A DNA stretch of 64,000 bases from an uncultured Gammaproteobacteria bacterium (GTDB lineage: Bacteria; Pseudomonadota; Gammaproteobacteria; Steroidobacterales; CAZJFQ01), in NCBI GenBank assembly GCA_964545335.1, contig CAZJFQ010000004.1, positions 5,306-69,305 on the forward strand. Direction: 5' to 3'. The translations under genes were made by a program, and so were the position numbers. Below the pieces are notes generated by a model. It saw nothing but the letters and a program-made list of their open reading frames with translations. It had not been told where the DNA came from and did no database searches. Shown one piece after another: positions 40,394 to 49,478 of the stretch (positions are counted from its first letter, which is position 1; each line of letters starts with the position of its first letter).

Positions 40394-42664
40394 TTGCGAC
40401 GGACCGCAGTGCTGTTGTTGCTCGGTGTTCTGACACTGCATGCATCAACCAAACTTCCGGCACCGGCCACAGTGCTATGTTTGCTGTGTGCCGGTCTGTT
40501 TGTGTGCCGGTGGCGGTCTGTACGCTGGTTGACGGTACTCACTCTCGGCTTCTGCTGGGCATGGCTCGATGCCTGGCAGGGCCTTGAGGATATTCTGCCC
40601 GAAGCACTCGAGGGGCAGGAGATCGAGATTACGGGCCGGGTGGTGTCCTTCCCGGAAACGACTGCAAATGGCATTCGTTTCCTGTTTGCGCCGGATGCCG
40701 GAAACGGTGATCGGGATCATCCCTCCCTGGTTCGTCTGGCCTGGTATGACACGATTCGCCGTGTCGAGGCGGGCGAGCGTTGGCGATTAGTCGTTCGCCT
40801 CAAGCGACCCCGGGGTCTCAGAAACCCTGGCGGCTTTGACTACGAGGGCTGGCTGTTCCGCAGCGGGATCCGTGCGACCGGGTATGTACGCCGGGCAGAG
40901 GTCAATCAGAGGATCAAAGAGTGTCGGTCCGTGTCCGGTCTTTGTGTCCGCGCTGCGGTTGATAGAGCGATCAACGAGAGTGTCGGTTCATACCGTTCGG
41001 CCGGCCTGATCTCTGCGCTAGCCGTTGGCACGCGCCACAGACTCGGCGACCATGCCTGGCAGGTTTTAGCTGCCACCGGTCTCAGCCATCTTGTTGCCAT
41101 TTCGGGTCTGCATATTGGATTGGTTGGCGGTTTCGGTTTCCTCGCGGTAAAGAAACTCCTGCGTCATATCGTGATACCGGGCCCATTACAGCCCGTTGAC
41201 ATAGCCGCCGCGACGGCTCTCGTTTTGTCGGCGGTCTACGCGGCGCTGGCCGGCTTTTCATTGCCGACCTCACGCGCGCTGGTCATGATGGCTGTCGTTG
41301 CTGTCTCGGTGTTCCTGCGCCGGGAGCCCGCGCCGGACCGCATCCTGGCGGCCGCGTTGATTGGCGCATTGCTTGTTGACCCGATGGCGCCGCTGTCAGC
41401 GGGATTCTGGCTGTCGTTTGCGGCCGTCGGCATTATTTTTTTCGGCACCCGGCTCAGGAGCCAACGACTTTCAACGATAGCTTCGCTATACCGGCTGCAG
41501 ACAAGGCTTTTTCTGATGATGGCCCCCCTGGTGCTGCTGCTGTTTGATCAGGTCTCCCTCGTCGGTCCGTTCGTAAATATGATCGCTATCCCTTTGTTCA
41601 GCCTGGTACTGATTCCACTGGTGTTGGTAGCGACGCTGTTGTCTGGCATCGTGCCGGGTCTGTCCCGCCTCATATGGCAGATTTGTGCTGCGACGATCGA
41701 CAAAATCTGGCCGGGTCTGGAATGGGTGGCTCAAACCCCCGTGGCCCAATGGCAACCTGCAGATCGCCCGCTGGCATTGCTGGCGCTGCTGATGATCGGT
41801 GTCGTTGTGCTGGCGCTGCCGCGGGGGATACCCGGTCGCTGGCTTGGAATCCTGTTGTGTCTGCCGGCACTCCAGTGGCAACCCGTCCTTCCCGAACCGG
41901 GGGCGTTCCGATTCACGCTGTTAGATGTCGGGCAGGGTCTCGCGGCTGTCGTGCAAACCGAAAACCACACGCTGGTTTACGATACCGGGCCATCGTATCG
42001 GGATTCGCATACTGCGCGTCATACGGTTCTGCCGTATCTGGAATCCCGCGGCATATCGCGTATCGACATCCTGATGGTCAGCCATCTGGACAAGGATCAC
42101 GCCGGCGGCATGAACTACATACGGGCAGCTGTGCCGGTAACGCAGCTGTTGGTCGGGCTCGATGCCGCCGCCTCACGTTCAGGTACCCGTTGTATGGCAG
42201 GCATGAATTGGCGGTGGGACGAAGTCGCTTTTACAGTGCTGCATCCGTCGACCGGGACCGGATGGAACCGTAACAACGGATCGTGCGTACTGCGCGTAGC
42301 GGGGCGCGGCGGTGCACTGTTGCTCACCGGCGACATAGAGTACAAAGCCGAAAGTAATCTGATAAAAAGCGCACTGCCGCTATCCGCTGACATCATCGTC
42401 GTGCCCCACCACGGCAGCCGGACATCGTCGACCGTCGGCTTGATTAACTCTGTTAATGCGCGCTATGCCCTTTTCTCGAGTGGCTATCGTAATCGCTGGG
42501 GCCTTCCCGCCGGCGAAATTGTCAGGAGATGGGAGGACGCCGGTGCAACAACGCTAGTCACCTGGTCGTCCGGTGCCGTCGAGTTTCTGGTGGACCCGGA
42601 CACGGGTGTCGGTCGGCCGGTAGAGTATCGAAAGATCAACAGGCGCTATTGGACCGCTGACTGA
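40394..42664 (+). CDS. comEC: DNA internalization-related competence protein ComEC/Rec2
   Basis: 756 aa. Polytopic competence domain (GLSHLVAISGLHIG) plus a C-terminal metallo-beta-lactamase domain (VSHLDKDHAGG). Confidence 0.9.
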   Translation: MRRTAVLLLLGVLTLHASTKLPAPATVLCLLCAGLFVCRWRSVRWLTVLTLGFCWAWLDAWQGLEDILPEALEGQEIEITGRVVSFPETTANGIRFLFAPDAGNGDRDHPSLVRLAWYDTIRRVEAGERWRLVVRLKRPRGLRNPGGFDYEGWLFRSGIRATGYVRRAEVNQRIKECRSVSGLCVRAAVDRAINESVGSYRSAGLISALAVGTRHRLGDHAWQVLAATGLSHLVAISGLHIGLVGGFGFLAVKKLLRHIVIPGPLQPVDIAAATALVLSAVYAALAGFSLPTSRALVMMAVVAVSVFLRREPAPDRILAAALIGALLVDPMAPLSAGFWLSFAAVGIIFFGTRLRSQRLSTIASLYRLQTRLFLMMAPLVLLLFDQVSLVGPFVNMIAIPLFSLVLIPLVLVATLLSGIVPGLSRLIWQICAATIDKIWPGLEWVAQTPVAQWQPADRPLALLALLMIGVVVLALPRGIPGRWLGILLCLPALQWQPVLPEPGAFRFTLLDVGQGLAAVVQTENHTLVYDTGPSYRDSHTARHTVLPYLESRGISRIDILMVSHLDKDHAGGMNYIRAAVPVTQLLVGLDAAASRSGTRCMAGMNWRWDEVAFTVLHPSTGTGWNRNNGSCVLRVAGRGGALLLTGDIEYKAESNLIKSALPLSADIIVVPHHGSRTSSTVGLINSVNARYALFSSGYRNRWGLPAGEIVRRWEDAGATTLVTWSSGAVEFLVDPDTGVGRPVEYRKINRRYWTAD

Positions 42665-42771
42665 TCGGGCTCGGTGCGCAAGCAACCGGGTCGTGGGTTT
42701 CAGCGTTGCGGCCGGTGCAGTATCATGCGCGGCATCTTTGTCTTCATAACGCCTTTCTCAGTTAGCTCAGC

Positions 42772-43383
42772 ATGTTGGAGATCGTAATTTCGGGTGGGTG
42801 GCTGATGTTACCCATCATTGCGTGTTCTGTGATCGCGTTGGCCATCGTGGTCGAGCGGCTGTGGACATTGCAGCGAGAGCGGGTGCTGCCTTCCGATCTG
42901 ACCGAGAAAGTCTGGCGGTGGGTGCGGAGCAATCAGCTCGATTCCCGACACACTCAGGCACTAAACGACAGTTCGCCGCTCGGCCAGATATTGGCAGCAG
43001 GGCTTGGTAATCGTCACCGCGAGCGGGAGATCATCAAGGAGGCGGTTGAAGATACCGGGCGCCATGTCGTCCATGAACTCGAGCGATATCTCAATTCACT
43101 GGGCACGATCGCGGCTATTACGCCGCTGTTGGGTCTTTTGGGGACCGTCATCGGCATGGTCAAGGTATTCGGGGCCATCACGATTCATGGTGTTGGCAAT
43201 CCGAGTGTACTTGCGGGCGGAATTTCGGAAGCCCTGATCACGACTGCTGCGGGCTTGTCCGTCGCGATTCCCGCATTGATCGGTTACCGCTATCTGCGCG
43301 GCCGAATAGACCGGCTCGTGGTACAGATGGAAAAAGAAGCGCTGAAACTGATTGAAGCAATGGAAAGCGATAACGTCTCCTGA
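42772..43383 (+). CDS. exbB: MotA/TolQ/ExbB proton-channel family protein
   Basis: 203 aa. Contains LGLLGTVIGMV and ISEALITTAAGL. Confidence 0.85.
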   Translation: MLEIVISGGWLMLPIIACSVIALAIVVERLWTLQRERVLPSDLTEKVWRWVRSNQLDSRHTQALNDSSPLGQILAAGLGNRHREREIIKEAVEDTGRHVVHELERYLNSLGTIAAITPLLGLLGTVIGMVKVFGAITIHGVGNPSVLAGGISEALITTAAGLSVAIPALIGYRYLRGRIDRLVVQMEKEALKLIEAMESDNVS

Positions 43384-43802
43384 TGAATCTGCATACGCGA
43401 GCGCGCGAAGAACCCGAAATAATTCTCACGTCTCTGATCGATGTGGTATTGCTGCTGCTGGTATTTTTCATGGTATCCACCAGCTTTGTGAAGGAGGCAG
43501 CAATCAAGATTCGACTTCCTGAGGCCTCCGTCGAGCCCCCGCAGCAGGAGGCCGAAGCGCCACTGGAGATCGCAATATCCGCGACCGGTGCATACCTGGT
43601 GAACGGTCGTCAACTTGTCAACAACCGGCCGGAGACACTGGCGCGCGCGATCCGCGAAGTGGCCGGTGAAGAGACGGATGCTCCGGTTATTATTCGCGCG
43701 GACGGTTCGGCGAGCCATCAGGCCGTCGTTCGCGCGCTCGAAGTCGCCGGGCGTCTCGGATATACCCGCGTCAGTATCGCAACCGTGAATCCGCAGCCCT
43801 GA
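43383..43802 (+). CDS. exbD: Biopolymer transport protein ExbD/TolR
   Basis: 139 aa. N-terminal PEIILTSLIDVVLLLLVFFMV. Confidence 0.85.
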   Translation: MNLHTRAREEPEIILTSLIDVVLLLLVFFMVSTSFVKEAAIKIRLPEASVEPPQQEAEAPLEIAISATGAYLVNGRQLVNNRPETLARAIREVAGEETDAPVIIRADGSASHQAVVRALEVAGRLGYTRVSIATVNPQP

Positions 43803-43810
43803 GCCTTCGA

Positions 43811-45562
43811 ATGACAAAGGAATCTTCTGGCCCTGCCCCGTCCGCTGTTTACACGCGACTGCTGGGCTACGCCCAGCCGCACTGGGGCGTATTTCTGCTC
43901 GCTTTTGTGGGCATGGGCATTTACGCAGCGTGCGATGCCAGCTTTGCCTATCTGGTCCAGCCCTTGCTGGACAAGGGGTTTATCGAGCGCGACGAACAGT
44001 TCATAAAGTATCTGCCGGTCCTCATCATTGGACTTATCGTGCTCCGCGGCATCGCGGGCTTCACGCAGGATTATGCCCTGAATTGGATTGGTCGCCACGT
44101 CATTAAAGATCTACGTCGGCAGTTGTTTGAACATTATCTGCACATGCCGACACGTGTTTATGATCGGAGCTCGAGCGGGGTCATGCTTTCCAAGCTGACT
44201 TATAACGTCGAGCAGGTCGCTGTCGCGACGACCCAGGCGGTGCAGGTTCTCATAAAAGATACCCTAACGATCGTCGCGTTGATCAGTTTGATGTTCTACT
44301 GGAATGCGCGACTTGCCACGATTGTTCTCGTGCTCGCACCGATTATCGGCGGTTTGCTCGGAGCCGTAAGCAGGTTGTTTCGCCGCTACAGCACACGCAT
44401 ACAGAATTCAATGGGAGAGGTAACACGGGTCACAGAGGAAGTCGTGACAGGCCACAGGGTAGTCAAGGTTTTTAACGCACAGGAATATGAAAAAGAGGTA
44501 TTCGAAGAAGTAAATGAGAGAAACCGGCGTCTCCATATGCGCCTGGTTGTGACGCGCGCGGCGAGCAGGCCGGTGATTCAGTTGCTGGCGGCGATTGCCA
44601 TCGCCGGGGTGCTTTTTCTCGCGACGGATCCTGTTTCCGGTGAACTCCTGACTGTCGGCACTTTCATGTCATTTTTCGGCGCGATGGTGTTCAGCATGGC
44701 GCCACTCAAACGGATCACCAATATTGCAGTTCCTCTGCAGCAGGGAATCGCTGCCGGCATGAGCATTTTTGAGCTGATTGACAGTGACAAGGAGCCGCGA
44801 GGTGGCGTGATACCCCTTGATCGTGCTCGTGGCGAGGTGGAGTTCAGCAATGTCGGTTTTGCATATGACACGGACAACGGCCCGACACTCACCGACGTAT
44901 CGATAAGTATTCCGGCGGGTCAGAAGATAGCCATCGTAGGGAAGTCCGGCAGCGGCAAAACAACCCTGGTCAGCCTGTTGCCGCGTTTTTACGATCCCGT
45001 TTCCGGTACCATTCTCCTGGACGGACATGACATCAGAGAGTATCCGTTACGGGATCTTCGGAACCAGATCAGCCTTGTCAGCCAGGATATCGTGCTGTTC
45101 AACGATACAGTTTCGAACAACATTGCGTTTGGAAGCCTGAAGAACTCGACTCCTGAGGATATCGAAAGCGCAGCAAGGATTGCCCACGTGCTCGAGTTTG
45201 CACATCAACTTAGGGACGGTCTCGATACCGTGGTCGGTGATCGGGGAGTCCTGCTGTCCGGCGGACAAAGACAGCGAATTGCAATCGCGCGCGCGGTACT
45301 CAAAAACGCACCGGTGCTGATACTCGATGAGGCGACTTCTGCGCTGGACACCGAATCAGAGCGACACATCCAGGCGGCGCTCGACGATCTTATGAAGGAC
45401 CGGACAACCTTCATAATCGCCCATCGGCTGTCAACGGTGGAAAACGCCGACAAGATTCTCGTCCTCGATGGCGGTCGCGTTGCTGAGTACGGCACACATA
45501 GCGAACTGCTTGATCTCGATGGACTCTATTCCAGCCTGTATCGCATGCAATTCAATGTCTGA
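43811..45562 (+). CDS. msbA: Lipid A export ABC transporter MsbA
   Basis: 583 aa with six TM helices plus an NBD (GKSGSGKTT, LSGGQRQR, ILDEATS). Followed by lpxK. Confidence 0.93.
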   Translation: MTKESSGPAPSAVYTRLLGYAQPHWGVFLLAFVGMGIYAACDASFAYLVQPLLDKGFIERDEQFIKYLPVLIIGLIVLRGIAGFTQDYALNWIGRHVIKDLRRQLFEHYLHMPTRVYDRSSSGVMLSKLTYNVEQVAVATTQAVQVLIKDTLTIVALISLMFYWNARLATIVLVLAPIIGGLLGAVSRLFRRYSTRIQNSMGEVTRVTEEVVTGHRVVKVFNAQEYEKEVFEEVNERNRRLHMRLVVTRAASRPVIQLLAAIAIAGVLFLATDPVSGELLTVGTFMSFFGAMVFSMAPLKRITNIAVPLQQGIAAGMSIFELIDSDKEPRGGVIPLDRARGEVEFSNVGFAYDTDNGPTLTDVSISIPAGQKIAIVGKSGSGKTTLVSLLPRFYDPVSGTILLDGHDIREYPLRDLRNQISLVSQDIVLFNDTVSNNIAFGSLKNSTPEDIESAARIAHVLEFAHQLRDGLDTVVGDRGVLLSGGQRQRIAIARAVLKNAPVLILDEATSALDTESERHIQAALDDLMKDRTTFIIAHRLSTVENADKILVLDGGRVAEYGTHSELLDLDGLYSSLYRMQFNV

Positions 45563-45598
45563 TCCAGCCGGTTTTTTACGGCGATCTGCCGCATCGTC

Positions 45599-46606
45599 AT
45601 GAATCCAAATCATTGGTTGCAACGCGTCTGGTATGACAAGGGGGCAGGCGGATGGCTACTGATGCCACTGGCATGGCTTTTCTCGGTTTTTGTCGAAATC
45701 AGACGCAGCCTGTACCGGCACGGGATTCTCAGGTCGGTCGCTGTGGCCGCCCCTGTCATAGTCGTTGGAAATATAACGGTGGGCGGTACCGGTAAAACTC
45801 CGCTGGTCATATGGCTGGCACGGCGTCTCGGAGATCGCGGCCTTCGCGTCGGTATAGTCAGTCGTGGGTACGGCAGCACGGCCGGCAATCGTGTGCGCTA
45901 CGCACATCGTGACAGCGATCCGAAGGTGGTCGGGGATGAGCCGGTTTTGATGGCTCGGAGGTGCAACGCTCCTGTCGTAGTCGGCGTAGATCGGGTAAAG
46001 GCCGCAGAGCGTGCCGTCCGTGATGGTTCGGAGGTCATCATTGCAGATGACGGCTTGCAGCACTATCGGTTACGCCGGGATTTTGAAATAGCCGTTGTTG
46101 ATGGCGAGCGCCGATTTGGGAACGGACGATTACTGCCGGCAGGGCCGTTACGTGAACCGCGCGGTCGGGTCGACGAAGTTGATGCTGTAGTGATCAATGA
46201 TGGCCACCCTTGCGAGGGTGAGTTCGTCATGCACGTAGACGCCGAGGAGGCGATTCGACTCGATGGTAACGAGACGGTCAGATTGTCCGAGTTTTCGGGG
46301 CAAAGTGTGCACGCGGTGGCCGGTATTGGCAATCCAGCGCGGTTTTTCGCGGTTCTGAGAGACCACGGTATCGACGTGGAGGAACATCCTTTTCCGGATC
46401 ATGCCCGGCTTCGGCGGTGTGATATCGTCTTTACAGACGACAAGCCTGTGCTGATGACCGAAAAAGATGCGGTAAAATGCAGTTCTCTCTCATTACCGCG
46501 ACACTGGTTTGTACCCGTTGCAACCTCTCTGGATGACATGGATTCCCGGGAAATACTTGGTCGTATCGAAGCCGCGGTATCAAAACGGCGCCACGAATTG
46601 GCCTGA
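45599..46606 (+). CDS. lpxK: Tetraacyldisaccharide 4'-kinase
   Basis: 335 aa. Contains [16 protein letters not shown] and SRGYG. Confidence 0.9.
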   Translation: MNPNHWLQRVWYDKGAGGWLLMPLAWLFSVFVEIRRSLYRHGILRSVAVAAPVIVVGNITVGGTGKTPLVIWLARRLGDRGLRVGIVSRGYGSTAGNRVRYAHRDSDPKVVGDEPVLMARRCNAPVVVGVDRVKAAERAVRDGSEVIIADDGLQHYRLRRDFEIAVVDGERRFGNGRLLPAGPLREPRGRVDEVDAVVINDGHPCEGEFVMHVDAEEAIRLDGNETVRLSEFSGQSVHAVAGIGNPARFFAVLRDHGIDVEEHPFPDHARLRRCDIVFTDDKPVLMTEKDAVKCSSLSLPRHWFVPVATSLDDMDSREILGRIEAAVSKRRHELA

Positions 46607-46810
46607 GTGATAGAAAAACCGATGGACAAAAAACTGCTCGATATTCTGGCTTGCCCGTTGTGCAAAGGACCGCTGCAGCACTGGTCCGCCGCAAACGAAC
46701 TCGTCTGTCGCGCAGATCGCCTTGCATTCCCGATTCGGGACGACGTTCCCGTGATGCTGGAAGAGGAAGCTCGTCAGCTCAGCACCGACGAACTCGCGGA
46801 ACAAGGTTGA
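46607..46810 (+). CDS. ycaR: Trm112/YcaR-family small protein (UPF0434)
   Basis: 67 aa at most. Contains [14 protein letters not shown]. The start may be ATG 46622. Confidence 0.8.
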   Translation: MIEKPMDKKLLDILACPLCKGPLQHWSAANELVCRADRLAFPIRDDVPVMLEEEARQLSTDELAEQG

Positions 46811-46831
46811 TTGGCCGGTGACGGAATCAGT

Positions 46832-47593
46832 GTGAGCTTTCGCGTTGTCATCCCGGCGCGCTATGCTGCGACGCGTCTGCCCGGAAAACCGCTCGTGGAC
46901 ATCGGCGGTAAGCCGATGGTGCAATATGTATATGACCGAGCCGTCGAAAGCGGTGCACTGCACGTGATCGTCGCGACCGACGATGACCGGGTAATTGCAG
47001 CCTGCCGCAAATTCGGCGCCGAAAGTCGCATGACCTCAGAGGAGCATGCATCAGGGACGGATCGCGTAGCGGAGGTTTGCGTTTTGGAGGGGTGGAGCGC
47101 CGCGGACGTTGTTGTCAACCTGCAGGCCGACGAGCCCCTGATGCCGCCGAGCCTGATCCGTCAGGTAGCCGGGCTGCTCGAGGACTTCGAGGAATCCGAG
47201 ATGGCCACGCTGGCGTGTCCGGTGCAAACAATGGACGAGTATTCGAACCCTAATGTCGTAAAACTCGTACGGGATACCGAGGGGAATGCGTTGTATTTCA
47301 GTCGTGCCCCGATACCATTTGACCGCGATGCTCAGCGCTCATCGTCTGCCGGCCGTTGCCAGGATGCACTCAGGCATCTGGGTATTTACAGTTATCGTGT
47401 GGCCACCTTGCTGAAACTATCATCGGCAGCCCCATGCCGAATCGAAGAAATCGAGAAACTCGAACAGCTCAGGGCGCTCTGGAACGGAATAAGAATCCGG
47501 GTGGGGATGACAGAGGAGCCGCCCGGGCCGGGCGTTGACTCCGAGGACGATCTGAAAGAGGTTCGCCACATCATCGAGTCACGTTCCGGCTGA
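46832..47593 (+). CDS. kdsB: 3-deoxy-manno-octulosonate cytidylyltransferase (CMP-Kdo synthetase)
   Basis: Start placed at GTG 46832 (VSFRVVIPARYAATRLPGKPL, the usual KdsB N-terminus). The ORF opens at 46811. Confidence 0.92.
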   Translation: MSFRVVIPARYAATRLPGKPLVDIGGKPMVQYVYDRAVESGALHVIVATDDDRVIAACRKFGAESRMTSEEHASGTDRVAEVCVLEGWSAADVVVNLQADEPLMPPSLIRQVAGLLEDFEESEMATLACPVQTMDEYSNPNVVKLVRDTEGNALYFSRAPIPFDRDAQRSSSAGRCQDALRHLGIYSYRVATLLKLSSAAPCRIEEIEKLEQLRALWNGIRIRVGMTEEPPGPGVDSEDDLKEVRHIIESRSG

Positions 47594-47669
47594 TCCCTGC
47601 GTGGCATCAAAGTGTATCCGTGCGGCGCGACCGGTTGCCCGTTCCCCGGCCCACATTTTATCGGACCCG

Positions 47670-49067
47670 TCAGGTGCTTTTTGCGCGCATCAGATACAAA
47701 GTTCGCTCAGATTCGCTTACTCGTTCCTGATCGTGAATCTCAAATAAATGCGCGAATTCCTGCTCGAAACAATCTTGCCTGTATTCCGGAAAAATGTCTT
47801 GCCGGGTTGTCAGTAGTCTCTGTACCTGTGAATCACTCTTGGGTACGAACTCGATAATCAGCCAGCGGCAGATTTTGCTGAAGAACCCGGCGATTTTTTG
47901 CATGGGCAGATTGTTGGAAATCGCCAGATGATGAACGAGTGCCAGTGCCATTCCCAGTTCCGCAGGTCCTCGGTCAGCAAGTGACTGCCGTTCGTCGTTC
48001 GCCCAGCCGATACCCGGGCTCGGATTGGTGAGGTCCAGAATCAGTGGCAGGATGCCTGTTTCTTTCTTTGCACACACCTCGCGATAATTCTTTTCGACCG
48101 CAGCAGGATCGATGTCGAAAGCTATCGTCGGTATTCCCCGTTCACTGGCAACGCGACTGAACAGTCCCGTATTTGCGCCCATGTCCCATACCGTGCTCGG
48201 GGCCACAGTATCGAGAAATCTGCCGACAAGTTCCAACTTGTGCAGTACGGCAGCATCCGAATAGTTCGTGTCTTCATAATACTCGCCCCATTCGGTGCCG
48301 TGTGGGCGCCATTCCAGGCTGTTTACTACGTTCCCGAGGTTGTCGATGAGGCCAAGCAAAGCCATCCGGCTTATGCTCCGTTGGCTGGTATCGACCGGTT
48401 TGTCGGCATACCGCTTCTGGGCCTTGGCATGCAGGTGAACGTGTGACAGCAATGCAGGTCGCAAATAGGTACGTCCAGGGAGTAACGTGCTCGTCACATC
48501 GAGGGGAATGCCGTCAATATGAATCCGTGACAATTGATTCAGGCGGACGTCGACGTAACTTATCAACGCGAGCGGGGCGAGGAAATGCTGACAGAACTGG
48601 CGGTACGCGATCCAGGGCGCCCCCTCTTTATATTTTTCAAAAGACAGTGTGTCGATGAATACTGGCCGGCCGTCATGGAACTGAATGTTGTAGGCGCTGC
48701 AGTCTTTGAGTGATTGGCCCTTGTCCAGCGCTCTCTTTTGAATGTCGATGGTCGCCAGCGCTGCATCCTTGAGCTGACTGAAACTCCATTCATACGGATA
48801 CGAGATAAAGCGAACGGGTTGCGGCCGGATGATCTTGTAGGCTTCCGGACCCTGTGCCAGCTCTGCCGACATCTCTTCGTGCTCAATGAGCAAGCCGGCT
48901 CTTGTCAGCTCGCTGTATAGGCCACTGTCGATGAGTCGGTTGTAGTCTTCCCGGTAGGAATGGTTGACCTGTCGGTAGACAGACCCGTCATGACGAAAAA
49001 CGAAGCCACTCGGGTCTCGAAAGGATGCTGGGTCGATTCCGGAGGCGCTACGGTTGCTCGTCGCCAT
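47670..49067 (-). CDS. Two-domain protein: N-terminal FRDPSG-motif domain with kinase-like DxxxxN...ID pattern, fused to a C-terminal class I SAM methyltransferase
   Basis: 465 aa. MTase motif I is VWDMGANTGLF and motif II is IAFDID (residues about 290-320). The N-terminal 250 aa contain FRDPSGFVF and KDCSAYNIQFHDGRPVFIDTLSF. Confidence 0.75.
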   Translation of the reverse strand: MATSNRSASGIDPASFRDPSGFVFRHDGSVYRQVNHSYREDYNRLIDSGLYSELTRAGLLIEHEEMSAELAQGPEAYKIIRPQPVRFISYPYEWSFSQLKDAALATIDIQKRALDKGQSLKDCSAYNIQFHDGRPVFIDTLSFEKYKEGAPWIAYRQFCQHFLAPLALISYVDVRLNQLSRIHIDGIPLDVTSTLLPGRTYLRPALLSHVHLHAKAQKRYADKPVDTSQRSISRMALLGLIDNLGNVVNSLEWRPHGTEWGEYYEDTNYSDAAVLHKLELVGRFLDTVAPSTVWDMGANTGLFSRVASERGIPTIAFDIDPAAVEKNYREVCAKKETGILPLILDLTNPSPGIGWANDERQSLADRGPAELGMALALVHHLAISNNLPMQKIAGFFSKICRWLIIEFVPKSDSQVQRLLTTRQDIFPEYRQDCFEQEFAHLFEIHDQERVSESERTLYLMRAKST

Positions 49068-49302
49068 GCCCGTTATCTCGATCTCCGCCCCGGAACAGCA
49101 TGCGCGCGCTGCGCCAGCTGTTGATTAGGAAAACCTTCAATTTGCTCCAATACAGCTTTATGTAAACTATCGCGACGAGCACACCGGCAAACAACATTTG
49201 CAGAACAAGACTGCCGGTGCCGGGATCGATATAGGCGTAGCTACTTGTCGGTACTGCGAAACTGGCTATCGCTACCAGTAGCAGTCTTCCTTGTTGGATC
49301 AT
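49048..49302 (-). CDS. Small membrane protein with YIDPGTGS motif
   Basis: 84 aa. A signal-like segment, then AYIDPGTGS, then a TM helix LVLQMLFAGVLVAIVYI. The 3' end overlaps the start of the methyltransferase gene by 20 nt. Confidence 0.5.
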   Translation of the reverse strand: MIQQGRLLLVAIASFAVPTSSYAYIDPGTGSLVLQMLFAGVLVAIVYIKLYWSKLKVFLINSWRSARMLFRGGDRDNGHGDEQP

Positions 49303-49478
49303 AGTCTGCTTTCTACAGTCATGGGCAGCCGTGCGCGGCTACGAAGATCGGTCTTGTGAAGGGTCTGGTGCTCGTTAGAGTCCGCGAATCAAGTCTATGG
49401 GAATCTCCGGCACCTGTACAAGAACGCGTTCTCAAAATAACAAGCTGGCATCTGTCCGGAAGCCCTCTGATATGAGGC

